Origin: a virus
Taxonomy: Duplodnaviria > Caudoviricetes
Length of the DNA: 64,000 nt
Strand: one strand, 5' to 3'
IMG/VR virus record: IMGVR_UViG_3300031867_000035
Location: 12,296-76,295 of that record
Shown here: in pieces, positions 35,401-43,279 of the stretch
How positions within the stretch are numbered: the first letter of the stretch is position 1
How the letters are laid out: every line of letters begins with the position of its first letter
Made by a program: the position numbers and the translations under genes
The notes under the pieces: model-generated
Database searches by the model: none
What the model was told of the DNA's origin: nothing
The model's input: only the letters and a program-made list of their open reading frames with translations

Positions 35401-38400
35401 ATAATGATGTATTAAATGCTTTATTACCAAAAGTTTTAGCAGTAGGTAATGAAGAAGATTACCAAAAGTATAAAGCACTTCATTCCTTTATGTATAATGA
35501 AGGATACATATCTGATAAAGACCCTAGAGGATTCTCTTCAGAAGTTCTTCAAAAACCAGAAGGTGATAAGCTTAACAATGGTATAGATATTCTTGTTGAA
35601 GATACTTATCTATTTAATAAACTATTTGATGATGAACAAAGAAAAGGATATATAAATACTATAAGTAATGACTCAGGAACTTTACAAGATTTATATCTTA
35701 ACTTTATATTCAGAGGTGATAATAAAAATGCAAACTTTGAGTATAGAGATGGTGCAGAAATTCTTACAAGAGATACTATCACTTCTTTAAAAGGTAAGAG
35801 CAATAAGCTTCTAGGTTTAGGTTCAGCTTATGTTGCTATTGATATATCTGAAGATGGTTCATTAACAGATACTATTGCTTTATTCAATAATGGTCAGAAC
35901 TCTTTATCATTTACTAAACCTGTAGAAATAAATTTCTCTGGATTAACTAAAAAGCAAAAAGATAATCTATTAAATCTAATTAAGAATACACGTGGAAATT
36001 CTATTATCAAGAGTGAGGATATAAGTAGAGCACTTAATACAAACTTTGATAATAAGCCTTATCAAATAGCAGGCTTTGTAGATTCAGTGGGTAATTCTCT
36101 ATTAAATAATTTAAACAATTTATCTCCTTCAACTTTAAACCACGCTAAATTAATTCTTTTAAACAGAACGCCACTATACGCTATGCTAGAAACAAATGAA
36201 ATTAAACTAGGTATGGTAGGTTCAAAAGCTTTAAAAGGTACAGTAATGAATGGTTTAAATCTAGAAGGCAGAGGAGAGAATACTATATCAGTAAAAGAAT
36301 CTAAAAAGAATAAAGATGTAGTTGCTACTGCTAAAGACAGAACTAAAGCTATTAGACCAGACTTAGCTATCAGTGCCAGCTTATTCAAAGATATTAATAG
36401 TGATTATAATCTAGATTACGAAGAAGTACTTACAACTACTGATGGTAGATATAGAATAATAAAAGTAAACGACTTAGCAATTCTTAATGCTTTAAATTTA
36501 GATGCGCAAGATAGAGCAAGCGAACGTTACATAGATACAATCGGTATAGTTCAAGGTGCCCACGGTACAGGTTCTCTATTCAGTTATGGTAATATGTTCT
36601 TAAGATTCGATGCTGATAATAACAAATGGGAATTCGACCCTCAAGGCTATAATGAATTAAAAGATAGATTACATTATCATAATTTAGAATCCTCTTATAT
36701 GGATGGTAATGGTGCAAGAAATGTAAGACTACTAAGAATAGCTTACTTACTAGATGCTTTATCAGAAGATAAGAGACAAAGAGTATGTATGGAGATTCTT
36801 GGTAATACATCAGTTCCTACAATAGAGGCCGCCTTAGAATGTATTTATTCTGCAGGTGATTTAGGTGGAGATTTTGGTGAAGACCTTGAAGCTCATATCT
36901 GTGACCAATTATCAAAAGAAGAGTTTGAAAAACTAGCTCTTAGACTTAATTCAACTTCTAAGAAAAATTTATTAGGTAGAGTTGCATTTAGTGAAGAAAT
37001 GAATGACCAATTAGTCAATAGGTATGCTACATTCTTTAATGAGGATGTTAATAATCCTATAATTAAAAAGCATCAAAAACCTTCAGACAATGTGAGAGTA
37101 TCTAATGTTAGAAACTATTCTGATAATGCTGATTACTTAGCTAGACACGAAGGTAGTACTCACGATACTAATACTTCTTATGTTTCAAAAATTTCTTTAT
37201 TAAGAACTATTCTTGAAGAAAACGGAGGCTTCTTAAATCTTGCAACATTAAAATCTGCAGCTGATGAAGATATAATAAATATAGCAGATGGCTCACTAGG
37301 TACTTTATATAATGGCTATAAGTTTACTGATGCTAGAGAGAGCTTAGCCTTAGACCCTTATGATGAAGAAAAACAATCATCTAAAAAGGCAGGTAACAAA
37401 GAGCCTTCTTCTCAATATAATGAGGTAAGAGATAATCAAAGATTAATACCTTTATTATCTAAAAGTGTTTTAAGTGATAGTTATAAAGATTCATTAACTA
37501 ATGCTAACGCAGATATATTATTAAATAACAATTTATATCAAGATGCAGCTGCTTATAATCAAGCTAGATTTATGCTACCTTTCTTCTCAGAAGGAACTGA
37601 TTCACAGATATATGATGCTACAAACCTATTCTCTAATAGATTCGTTGACTCATTACATCAAAAATATCCTACAATGAATGAAGAAGGTCAGCTAAGAATA
37701 GGTACTAAAACATTCAAACCAGAAGTAAATAAGGAAACTAATATGCTTAGCCATTTAACAATGGAAGAAGAGGAACAGAGAATCATTCAAAACTCTAAAT
37801 CTCCTAAGCAAGTTAAGTTACTATTAGAAAAGCATAAAGAGATTACTGACCAGCTAACTAAAGAAGATTATGAAACTTTAGGTTTAACAGACCAATTAGC
37901 AGTGGCAGACTTAATTTCTAAAACAGGTAATTCTAAAATAATGTCTTTCTTAAATGAGCTTTGTAAAGAGTATGACATTAAGACAGAGTATGAAAACTAT
38001 AATACTACTCCTGTCCAAGGCGACCCATTCTCCTTACTAAGAGCTATAAGAAGAGATAATAATGATGTACTACACGTTGCTGAATTCTATTCAGATGATA
38101 ATGGTGTTAAGCTAGTAAACTCTTGGCTTAGAAGCTGGGGTTTCAAATCTTCAGATAATAGAGATATATCTTTAGGTAATCAAACAATCAATGCCAGAAA
38201 TAAATTCGCTGATGTAAAAGACCAATTACTTGGTGATGATTATGCCTTATTAATGTATAATGCTAAGCACAACAAAGCTTCCTATATGTTATTAAATCAG
38301 TATATGAATGCTGAAGAATTAATTGAAGCTTATGATGAATTAACTTATAGACAAGATGTCTGGGTAAAGACTTTAGGTAGAGACAAATATACCGAGTATT

Positions 38401-41400
38401 TAAATGAAGTTAATAGACTTATTGATGGAGATATAAATTCTCTAAGAAATAAGCAACAAGAAATACTAAAGAGTCATCCAACATTATCTATCTTAGTAAA
38501 AGCAGCAAGCAGAATAAATAAGAGACTTATGCTAGAAACAAGAGCACAAGACCCTTATGCATTCTTAGGTTGGTTTACAGATTTAGATTATGGCACTAGA
38601 CCACACTTACTAGGTTATAAAAATGTACAAATAAAAACATTTGTAAAAAATGATTTCATTAAGGGGTTAAACTTTGATTTAGAAAAAATGCCTGAATCTA
38701 AGTTAGCTTCTATCTTCCATTCAAAAGATTACGGTTATGTTCCTATGGTTGAGAAGATAGCTTCACAATTAGCAGCTGCTAAAACAACAGACAGTCTTGC
38801 TAAGTATATGAAGTCAGCTGGTTATATGCAAAATGTTGATACATTTAATATAGCTATGGACACTTTACAACAAACACTTGATAAGTATTTCGAGACTTAT
38901 ATATCAGAACCTGGTAATGATAGAGAAAATAACAATAGAGCTACATACGACACATTAGTTCAACAATGCTCTTTAGCTGGAATCGATATGTATGATGTAG
39001 GAGACTATGCAGATGAATCTTCTATATATGATTTATTTAAATACTTATACAGAATTAACGTTGAGAATAAAGAAAAATTAGGTATGGCTGGATTAGGTTC
39101 GGCAGATTATACTCAAGAACTATATCAAAGATTAATTAATGCTAATGATTCTCAAAAGAATATTTATAAGACTGCTTCTAAAACTAATGAAATACTATTA
39201 AGTATGACTTCTGTATTAGTTAATATGATGGAAGAACTTGATTCAAATAAAACATTATTAAAAGATATTAACAATTCTTTATTAAAGTTAGAATCAAATG
39301 GTAAAGTATTAGTTGATAGATATGGTCAAAAAGTTAATAGAGGTAAGTTAATTAATGATTATTCAAGTTGGCACATTTTTGAAGACTTCTTACATTTAGC
39401 TTCAAGAGATTTAGATAACAGAGATTATCTATCAACTTACATTGCTAAACAAGCATTAGAAGGTAATGTATACTTAATGGATTCATCAGTAGCAGACCAA
39501 CTAGAAAAGAAAGTATTTACTAAACGTATTCATTCTCAAGTGAGTGAGGCTATTAAAAAAGCAAAAGCAATAGCTACAACATTAGTAATGTCTTCACCTG
39601 TCCAGTTATTAGACAGAATGATTAACTTCCCTATGTTTGATATAGGAGTAACTGGTTCAGCAGATGTAGAAACATTTAAATATATGCCTACTGCTATTTC
39701 AACAGTAACTAAATTCATACAAGGTGGTGATTACTTAACAGAGGATGATATTGCAAAAGATGATAATATGAAACTTCTTTTAAGATTCTTATCTGCTCAA
39801 GGTAATTTAGATATTAAGAATGCAACAGTTCGTGGCGAAAGAATATCCGTAACAAATATTCCAGGTATTAAACAATACTTAAAATTAGTTAATACAATGT
39901 ATCAAGCAGGAAATTTAATTCCTAGATTCGCTTACTTTATGAACCTAGTTAATAGTGCTGATATTAATTATAAGATTGCTAAAAACAAAACTGGTGTTGC
40001 TTATCATCTATATGATTCAATAGTAGGTGTTGAAGGAGATAAAGCTACTGGTATCAAGTCTTATATTGATAATCCTGAAAAAACTCCTTATTATAAAGAG
40101 TTCGGTGAAAACGCTAAGAATGTGGCAGACCTAGATGCACAAGCTGTACAAATCATAGCAGAGCATAATGGTATCGAAGGTAATATGCCTTATGCAGCTA
40201 GATGGTTAAACGAGAATTATAATACAATGTTCTTAACATTCCCTATGGCTTTAATGCGTTGGGGTAAGAATAGACTTCAATCTCTAGGCTATGCATTTAT
40301 GGAATCTGATTCTACAGACGTAAACTACTTATTAAATCAAGCAAAGAGTGTATTAATAACTCAAACTATTTTACTTGCAATTCAAATCTTATTATCTCAA
40401 AATACTCAAGAATATCTTAAAAAGAAATTAACAGGTAAGGACGATGAGATAACTGAAGAAGAAGAGGAGAATGCACAGAATATATTATTCCGTGGTGGCT
40501 GTGTAAAGTTATTTGAATCAGCATTAAAAGGTGAAGAAGTAACTACAACGGCTCAGAATAGAGGACCAGCATCTGGTTTATTCAACAGCTATGTAGCAGA
40601 CTTTATTCCAGCATTTAATGATGGTCAAAAATTTATGACTACATTAAAGAATCAATTAGTATCTCACACTTGGGGTCACGTACCTTTTGTAATTAAAGAT
40701 ACAGTTGAATCTATCCCAGGTAACACTGCATTACAATCTGCTTCTTGGTACGTACCAGGTAATAACTTCTTCGAAAACTATGGTAGAAAGATACTTGGTT
40801 ACAATTTAGGTTCTACTCAAGCTAATGCATTTATAGATTACTTACAAGCTCATAATGCTAATAATGATTTAAATGAGTCAAGTGTAGCTAGATTACGTAA
40901 TGCTATGTCGTATGCATTTAGCAAAAAATATTCTAATTTAAAAACAAACAAATCAGAAGTAAGAAACTATAAGAAAGCTTTTGAATTAGTTTATAATTAT
41001 TTAGATACAGTATATGGTAATTCATCAATTACTTCTGCTACTACATCAACTAATAAAGATTTAAAATCTGAATTAAGAAAAGCAGTAGAAACTTCTAACT
41101 CATCTGCAGATGTATATTATACAATTCAGAGAGCTATATCTAAAGGAAGTTCTTATTCAGATATTCAAAAAGCTTTAAACTCTATATCTTTAAGAGAAAG
41201 ATTATTAACTCTTAGAAATTATAATGCATTTATAGATTCACTTGATAGTAGTGAAAAAGCTACAATCAAAACTGCATTACTATACGAAGAAGAAAATTAT
41301 CCTTACTTGGAAGATATATTAACCGATGTTAATAATAAAGCTCACAAAGAATATCTAAATTCTAACGCTTCTTATAGTTCTAGAAATGTAGCTTCTATAT

Positions 41401-41672
41401 TAAAAAGTATGGCTTACAATACTCCAACTTATTATAATTACAACTCAAATCGAAATAATTATATTAGTCAAGCTAGATTCTTAAATAATTACAATAAATC
41501 TTATAGTAATTATCAAAAGCAGCAACAAGATGCTTATGAAAGAATGCGTAACATTGTTGACTATGGTACTTCAAAAGATATTTGGGGTACTGAAACTCAA
41601 CATTACAAAGATGGTACATCCTATACAAAGAAAGATAGAGGGTACAATCCATTTAAAGGAGGCAATAAATAA
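23424..41672 (+). CDS. 6082-aa polyvalent virion protein: membrane segments + DEDDh exonuclease + two-barrel RNA polymerase
   Basis: VWRQP...NGDFDGDQ (aa ~3635-3678), KGLFTGNL, LGLGSAYVAI...TDTIAL, KLGMVGSKALKG, RPDLAIS, LNLDAQDRASER; exonuclease VVYDAEW...EHDAVSD; next to terminase/portal/capsid genes. Confidence 0.85.
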   Translation: MERDYKNNNIFYENTEDLNIGKTNQKPAEVEQSTPKFSIKLDKDEEAARQQGFLNFNSGVSMIDTSEYSQSDIRSMLGSRTKVDLSDTKEDTGTYNTTKALAEDYVSQDEEYITSGRLWKDIYGSTAYAELKHKCGLSKTDSYTDYYNKTKYIPKGYEIEAKLLLAEEKRMNYYMEYKKGNISKSDFLYQAYGKDLMKEDGVDLSSPLYWYNKAKKNDFTNPLDSDTFLSQLITDSEKLWHAETWYQSAATRNIGSTLAGLSTGSELSEESFQNVFKQQVEALKPYFDNDVKKIMTYYQAGFLGSAFSPMIDIDGDGKYDYYYHSDGKLYAVDGSSGTGSSTCSIVYNDDGSVHSVQVHEAVDGWLDSLWDGFTGFFIGFADLFALIPGLINTDAMANYEAWKKRTIADEDRVVFDSMDKWNGDDWGNAVAEGVGTIAGMVLLLVLTYGIGNAISASGEAAKAGMDAGLQGAVKITSQETATTFAENIAKEAADKFTSKALQRAFMDNALKAATKEISKNVALDAAIKTALKEGAKKFGASAARATALNIGRNVAAAVVGKGGFTTTISQAKGGTLLNTTLAKVAQRSSSTGLKKIAANAWVRSSLTATELAVRDYITVTTQLKAKNKALQYLEYATKGEVKALSDGEIAGRAWLVAGTDLVISTMFRAVGSQGATSRFVKDSDTLLKNINANTADVINRYAQHLKTYCRIDAAFDIFENITTSAVQAAASNPYAKLGSEESWATAMQSIVNPAFIASNLYATYNNLVSWGGRNGAPVSTSIYDDRVEAIARQINISANSLGDQLDTLSEALVAKNSNVSNVIEIQESLDRVKQKTMETLNNSSNSRIDNLLQAAQDLDTLFTEDVVAANKKEILDSFNITLSEYNQIKALIKTYNDNNPDKPIGLITGKVFYSAQKENDANVAKAYKAALDLMTKRSTELKAKEEQVAKIFLKGARFVMTKANEVSLKYVNQLIAETTFKTSGVHLEERYQKIVNTFIAKRFEMLTDITTEGNEELRNKELAELETYLNSEYFKFHSLSTSSATADVSYTMVPVYDDKDNTKIKTYKLDSTATGDNILIKLLSNYDKNKAVIEALCNRYHLIDVVKNNDGTLTINTANMAPWYALELDNSKNNQLLADISNNKYLKTFMDVIDSVAYMFENSDLNELNVVDYDEPLILKLRVATGNTNGSNEQEYINIYLIPSKISGNIDTGTSYGDVANRLMALQGILYSTYGLFKQAADGVVNNESAVKYLAQLGALLTEEKAMDPFYDFLKLFNSDNEEERRLAIEENLPKAVMAILSRCKFNMVDGKEPSDSVLTRKQLLTFVKAGVFGEKGEYALLNKIITENSSGKNGNASANNIAKIAQEILDYVNTIDKIEGTLKILNDYAENTKTDLSANEISKLKDCVNTLKNNQDLTDSLDADGMLPDTIKRLLKESTLENFWQGSQKRDSHLEALSKNLLRLSDKNIQNQEELKTLLKKFLDEDLMSIQIVKDNPFELSKQFLIRYFNSFDSYKNSFDSFKKVSYFLEALNTSDFKDFLKNPTDFINDYNAKNSAPGYNIKNFAPDLKLEDFGHLFITNAKGVRKTDYNFLLGLTLINKFRNDLSKNDFVEASFYDTETYLDSLYNNVIKDPNSVEFQYISRLYKIATDKDLNIHMLSISDPTAKNYKRPFSTLMVHNADGTTESIGDLIYKSNKAASVLVESIVDDAIESKMELLQDGIDYYWRDTTVTPKQNVIEIDMLNFLPANLRIALKSFLNSSDLATKMGAEAKIKSEELAKEFKNLLAGHSSNATYSQYKAYKVLLSDCLASGNFILRYNVDNAASMNSLKVFLTSCGYDNFDVDAARNGISEIEGLNFKTVDTHNINSTLAAEKFYRAARLYKTKYGIAKPILGEKIKKNYTNVLFNLFSGITKFNDDTNIQLLDEDGKAIPYYSIIYKKTDPNKAYTFVNAFGNTEQARSEKGTLSGGAQTLQYINKYRGLGIDVKDDNLSLDSKSFKSFTIVRLAEKTAEYLNNLTGKQAQTIQVTIPKAEQDTFKEMYEDGKGFFKIMGEPEGDTFRLEPTYKSAEEFLAYVNEEGFDIRQVLPVVWNNDKSIKNTEFRAYEYISNETLFSELANLKIEGLKTIDDFINFQPIPKDEIYSFDSKEYSDFCLAHSNKNVGNILQDLGDIKNNYYLACLKYELGLSKAYSDYAISYLGQDADLIDLANPRIYKILGSLLNDGSSLDEYKFSYLLNKNYTITEDDVNKLLKALNEGITNSENIFPEQATDTDNVDTKNNFTSLDVEKLNSSNNVSLDIKKETIAKLLDVLRNSEDYLITRLSEPIDLVQPDNLISCLALFCENSGGSLSIPMEYLMRSSKKQREAFFTFLNAIIANPTEYNFSDDDIKKLNDLITLLNTKIDLMTKINPTKDVDVKPARVIFEKNAVSAPRVGVEPKAGFLSNGTGKLSNAQLQRITDYIVAAENNKVDVAPFIKLSSINPNDSVVETPFKHSLIKLLNATVCKNSDKPGSTMVYNMDSDEAIVNALVSVLAFTENTKLLLQDLGVPEIQKIPLDILMELGLKANLLTTGADYQAEFASSLILKWNKETNEYSIVPLRTSSSDTEQSLYRYFLGLKTGDSDVNDITLKTINEDIANNPTHYFLLSSSKNAFLESPDGYNETTRLLYLNDINVQKSLRENMVKKAIIARDGFVLNVPGENDLMNLLDSYYNVHAVTTYDVWRNVVDSLRTLGVSDSVADLLYPTVESLYVGNPSSLNDQWIQDTLAEFIDSYKGKVPSVQFKIFSDAIAWGITNRVLKAQDIAALKNNEIEIEAAYRETQLKKGITQKEISNNTERVEAIIDSIKSNDTDIIDYAKQNIKSLDKDTQVYLIQKLLLDRKDGFDLYAILNMSSKNKTLFDISESIRPTINNELSNDWVHSPKNKSKNITATNVVSDTNHVVYDAEWFIPEKDKKNSFTDVYQIGLCLRKAVNDKDKARIIDSDTLNNLEKHNILIKKNIMNNKNKLYVEAKDSYDAKIKACTSGKDTYVDSKTNVIYHIIDGGPNSTLEDDVRLAYTTFAKIINDNDVSVIMSYGGKNDNREEISDNNLIRHWLGDAFFNDVDELDILNDVAYKVWSRTTEDMTSYSMDSMRREGKINLNNSLLEHDAVSDSLDEYELFVKIINNKINIDNLYLKPLSDIAELFGEDVDYRNWSDDFKNTLKAVKFNELKDITDNLKDIVSKIDIDTSVFTRSNEAIKSVMDAYKLTFEHVWRRMEFKDLEKVRNNFLDIYDSSYNSTYFASIKNKKHRTEVRNILLGIVNERYDLNEGFSAVLERDPVTNKFRTSDIKGVENLKTALKYMTSILAEAARLYKEDTKNPYNPKYISNRNKTKSFYSEDAQTIARYIAEAKTTFEITDLDARRSKRNDFKQNEKTLTQAVIDSKFNLDNNTSEALRDIYSMLRDESTDLLSLKDYKHTVTNQDFYIQIARPLANVLGINVQDSDATASDEVVSKTFSDKLRAALFNDLLSVYGRTNAGKRTHEQIIKDNTYNGIRHTLIDKADTYKKGMIEAFTSSKGLFTGNLRTKTALWSMGHERYKKTMTGEYGTLYIGEKLLTSKKAFKDLFGMYKATYKTDSNGKQVVDYDDNNQNTFYTLVWRQPLQQETPIQLMKVKVVDGDTFSMTTTTADNFFNGDFDGDQYFFSHPSQITNTKEAKRLFELQNKQTELFYNLFKKDNKLTLTNQILLEEKYRNLARDVFLSSNVQSAFKAIFANIELSRDSTGKATKVKDLPIFLGDATLIDKFKQEYYKAFDTIVTSKEYNQLSIEDRETLRDSFLENFGVRIIKTSKGTTVLSDNPFYREDRDTTMRLKATRKFYMLDNLSNSGMDAPENGQLAKNYKWQKGSVDMNEAYRLFYNSTFSLKEDDLHLFSNLLAKEGNSLSSVKINKYLDSLSSLIGKDMVDWAKEYVDKEIITYVEEQHKLGVKDAQTYNIVVRRLSNLSNAIQQNIITSKEYNDVLNALLPKVLAVGNEEDYQKYKALHSFMYNEGYISDKDPRGFSSEVLQKPEGDKLNNGIDILVEDTYLFNKLFDDEQRKGYINTISNDSGTLQDLYLNFIFRGDNKNANFEYRDGAEILTRDTITSLKGKSNKLLGLGSAYVAIDISEDGSLTDTIALFNNGQNSLSFTKPVEINFSGLTKKQKDNLLNLIKNTRGNSIIKSEDISRALNTNFDNKPYQIAGFVDSVGNSLLNNLNNLSPSTLNHAKLILLNRTPLYAMLETNEIKLGMVGSKALKGTVMNGLNLEGRGENTISVKESKKNKDVVATAKDRTKAIRPDLAISASLFKDINSDYNLDYEEVLTTTDGRYRIIKVNDLAILNALNLDAQDRASERYIDTIGIVQGAHGTGSLFSYGNMFLRFDADNNKWEFDPQGYNELKDRLHYHNLESSYMDGNGARNVRLLRIAYLLDALSEDKRQRVCMEILGNTSVPTIEAALECIYSAGDLGGDFGEDLEAHICDQLSKEEFEKLALRLNSTSKKNLLGRVAFSEEMNDQLVNRYATFFNEDVNNPIIKKHQKPSDNVRVSNVRNYSDNADYLARHEGSTHDTNTSYVSKISLLRTILEENGGFLNLATLKSAADEDIINIADGSLGTLYNGYKFTDARESLALDPYDEEKQSSKKAGNKEPSSQYNEVRDNQRLIPLLSKSVLSDSYKDSLTNANADILLNNNLYQDAAAYNQARFMLPFFSEGTDSQIYDATNLFSNRFVDSLHQKYPTMNEEGQLRIGTKTFKPEVNKETNMLSHLTMEEEEQRIIQNSKSPKQVKLLLEKHKEITDQLTKEDYETLGLTDQLAVADLISKTGNSKIMSFLNELCKEYDIKTEYENYNTTPVQGDPFSLLRAIRRDNNDVLHVAEFYSDDNGVKLVNSWLRSWGFKSSDNRDISLGNQTINARNKFADVKDQLLGDDYALLMYNAKHNKASYMLLNQYMNAEELIEAYDELTYRQDVWVKTLGRDKYTEYLNEVNRLIDGDINSLRNKQQEILKSHPTLSILVKAASRINKRLMLETRAQDPYAFLGWFTDLDYGTRPHLLGYKNVQIKTFVKNDFIKGLNFDLEKMPESKLASIFHSKDYGYVPMVEKIASQLAAAKTTDSLAKYMKSAGYMQNVDTFNIAMDTLQQTLDKYFETYISEPGNDRENNNRATYDTLVQQCSLAGIDMYDVGDYADESSIYDLFKYLYRINVENKEKLGMAGLGSADYTQELYQRLINANDSQKNIYKTASKTNEILLSMTSVLVNMMEELDSNKTLLKDINNSLLKLESNGKVLVDRYGQKVNRGKLINDYSSWHIFEDFLHLASRDLDNRDYLSTYIAKQALEGNVYLMDSSVADQLEKKVFTKRIHSQVSEAIKKAKAIATTLVMSSPVQLLDRMINFPMFDIGVTGSADVETFKYMPTAISTVTKFIQGGDYLTEDDIAKDDNMKLLLRFLSAQGNLDIKNATVRGERISVTNIPGIKQYLKLVNTMYQAGNLIPRFAYFMNLVNSADINYKIAKNKTGVAYHLYDSIVGVEGDKATGIKSYIDNPEKTPYYKEFGENAKNVADLDAQAVQIIAEHNGIEGNMPYAARWLNENYNTMFLTFPMALMRWGKNRLQSLGYAFMESDSTDVNYLLNQAKSVLITQTILLAIQILLSQNTQEYLKKKLTGKDDEITEEEEENAQNILFRGGCVKLFESALKGEEVTTTAQNRGPASGLFNSYVADFIPAFNDGQKFMTTLKNQLVSHTWGHVPFVIKDTVESIPGNTALQSASWYVPGNNFFENYGRKILGYNLGSTQANAFIDYLQAHNANNDLNESSVARLRNAMSYAFSKKYSNLKTNKSEVRNYKKAFELVYNYLDTVYGNSSITSATTSTNKDLKSELRKAVETSNSSADVYYTIQRAISKGSSYSDIQKALNSISLRERLLTLRNYNAFIDSLDSSEKATIKTALLYEEENYPYLEDILTDVNNKAHKEYLNSNASYSSRNVASILKSMAYNTPTYYNYNSNRNNYISQARFLNNYNKSYSNYQKQQQDAYERMRNIVDYGTSKDIWGTETQHYKDGTSYTKKDRGYNPFKGGNK

Positions 41673-43255
41673 TGGCACAAACAATAGTTATAACTCCTAA
41701 CTATAAGCCTACTCCAAAACAAATATTATTACATAACGCTCCTGTATCTTACGATGATATTTGGATTATATGTTATGGCGGTGCAAGAGGTGCTGGCAAA
41801 TCTGCTGGCATCCTTGCCGATGCTTTTATGTTTTGTCAAACTTATCCTGGTGCAAAATGTTGTATCCTACGTGAAACCCTAGATGCTGTTAAGCAGTCTT
41901 TCTTGGATAAACTACCAACATTATTTCCACCAGAAGTTAATGGTATAAAGATATATGAGTACAAAGAGAAATCTAGTTCTTGGTATCCTTCACGTTCTAT
42001 AGTTTTCCCTAATGGTAGCTACATTACCTTGCAGCGTGTTGCAAACTATCAAGAAGCTAAAGCAAAGCAAGGATGGGAATTCCATTACTTAGCTATCGAT
42101 GAAGTAACTAAACAAGAAAAACGTACAGTTGATTATCTATTAACCTGCGTACGTTCCGCCACGGTATTAAATAAATATACAGGTAAACCTATTCAGATTC
42201 CAACTAAGGTTGTGTTTGGATGTAACCCTGGTGGTATAGGACATAAGTGGGTAAAAGAAAGATTTATCGATACAACAGTAGTAAAATATGATGAGCATAA
42301 AACACCTATCCAAACTAAAGACCATATTGAATTTGTTCAAGACCCTAGAGACGGTCATTGGATAAAGAGATTTGTTAGATTCATACCAGCATCCTATATG
42401 GATAACCCTTATCTAAATGCTTCTTATGTAGCTAACCTTGAGTCTTTATCTGAACATCAAAAGCAGATGGATATGTATGGTAACTGGGATGTAGTAGCTG
42501 GAAGATATTTCGATTTAAAGCCAGAGCAATTACTTCCACCACAATCTATAGCACAAGACTTAGAGAGACTTGCAGGCCACGTAGAAATTTTTGCTTCAAT
42601 AGACTGGGGTTACAAACCTTCCTATTATTGTTGTTTATGGCACGCAGTATTCCCTGACCATAGAGTTATCACTTTTAAAATACTATATGGACAAGAACTT
42701 GTCTTTGAGGATTTTGTAAAAGAGATAGCAAAAGAATCTGAGAAGTTTGAAATTTCAGCTACGTGTTTACCTCACGATATGTTCCGTGGTGGTGATAGGT
42801 ATAGAAATGATACTGGAAAAATAATAGGTGAAACTAAATCAGATGTATTTGAATTCTATGGATTAAATCCTATAGGCGTAGAATCTGGTAAAGGTAAAGT
42901 AATGATGAGATATGATAAAATACATTCAGCAACTACCCTAAAGAATCCTGATGGTGTTTATAAGTTCAGGATATCCACGGCTTGCACAGATTTAATTGAA
43001 GAATTAAACAATGCAGTTCACGATGATGATAATCCTGAATTGATTGCACCTAAGTGTAAAGACCACGCAATAGATGCTTACGGTCATTTCCTAGTATTTT
43101 ATTCTGATGACATTGAACCTCTAGGCTTTGAATCTTTAACAAAAGACAATAGAACATATCTTCAGATTTTATTAGATGAAGATGAAAAGAAACTAGAAGA
43201 AGAGGAGGAAGATGAATACACAATTAGTGTTGATAGTATTTTCGATTTATGTTAA
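41672..43255 (+). CDS. terL: Terminase large subunit
   Basis: Walker A YGGARGAGKS, Walker B LAIDEVT, GCNPGG, nuclease ASIDWGY and DHAIDA. Confidence 0.95.
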   Translation: MAQTIVITPNYKPTPKQILLHNAPVSYDDIWIICYGGARGAGKSAGILADAFMFCQTYPGAKCCILRETLDAVKQSFLDKLPTLFPPEVNGIKIYEYKEKSSSWYPSRSIVFPNGSYITLQRVANYQEAKAKQGWEFHYLAIDEVTKQEKRTVDYLLTCVRSATVLNKYTGKPIQIPTKVVFGCNPGGIGHKWVKERFIDTTVVKYDEHKTPIQTKDHIEFVQDPRDGHWIKRFVRFIPASYMDNPYLNASYVANLESLSEHQKQMDMYGNWDVVAGRYFDLKPEQLLPPQSIAQDLERLAGHVEIFASIDWGYKPSYYCCLWHAVFPDHRVITFKILYGQELVFEDFVKEIAKESEKFEISATCLPHDMFRGGDRYRNDTGKIIGETKSDVFEFYGLNPIGVESGKGKVMMRYDKIHSATTLKNPDGVYKFRISTACTDLIEELNNAVHDDDNPELIAPKCKDHAIDAYGHFLVFYSDDIEPLGFESLTKDNRTYLQILLDEDEKKLEEEEEDEYTISVDSIFDLC

Positions 43256-43279
43256 AATATAAACAAAAAGGAGACATAT

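Noticed and set aside
23424-41672. Giant ORF as a plain tape-measure protein
   Set aside because: No tail tube/sheath/chaperone genes, no regular TMP periodicity, and it contains ordered enzyme motifs; adaptor and nozzle genes indicate a short tail.
41672-43255. Intron or intein in terminase (or in primase or capsid)
   Set aside because: Continuous ORF of normal size with motifs normally spaced; no intein or homing-endonuclease motifs seen.
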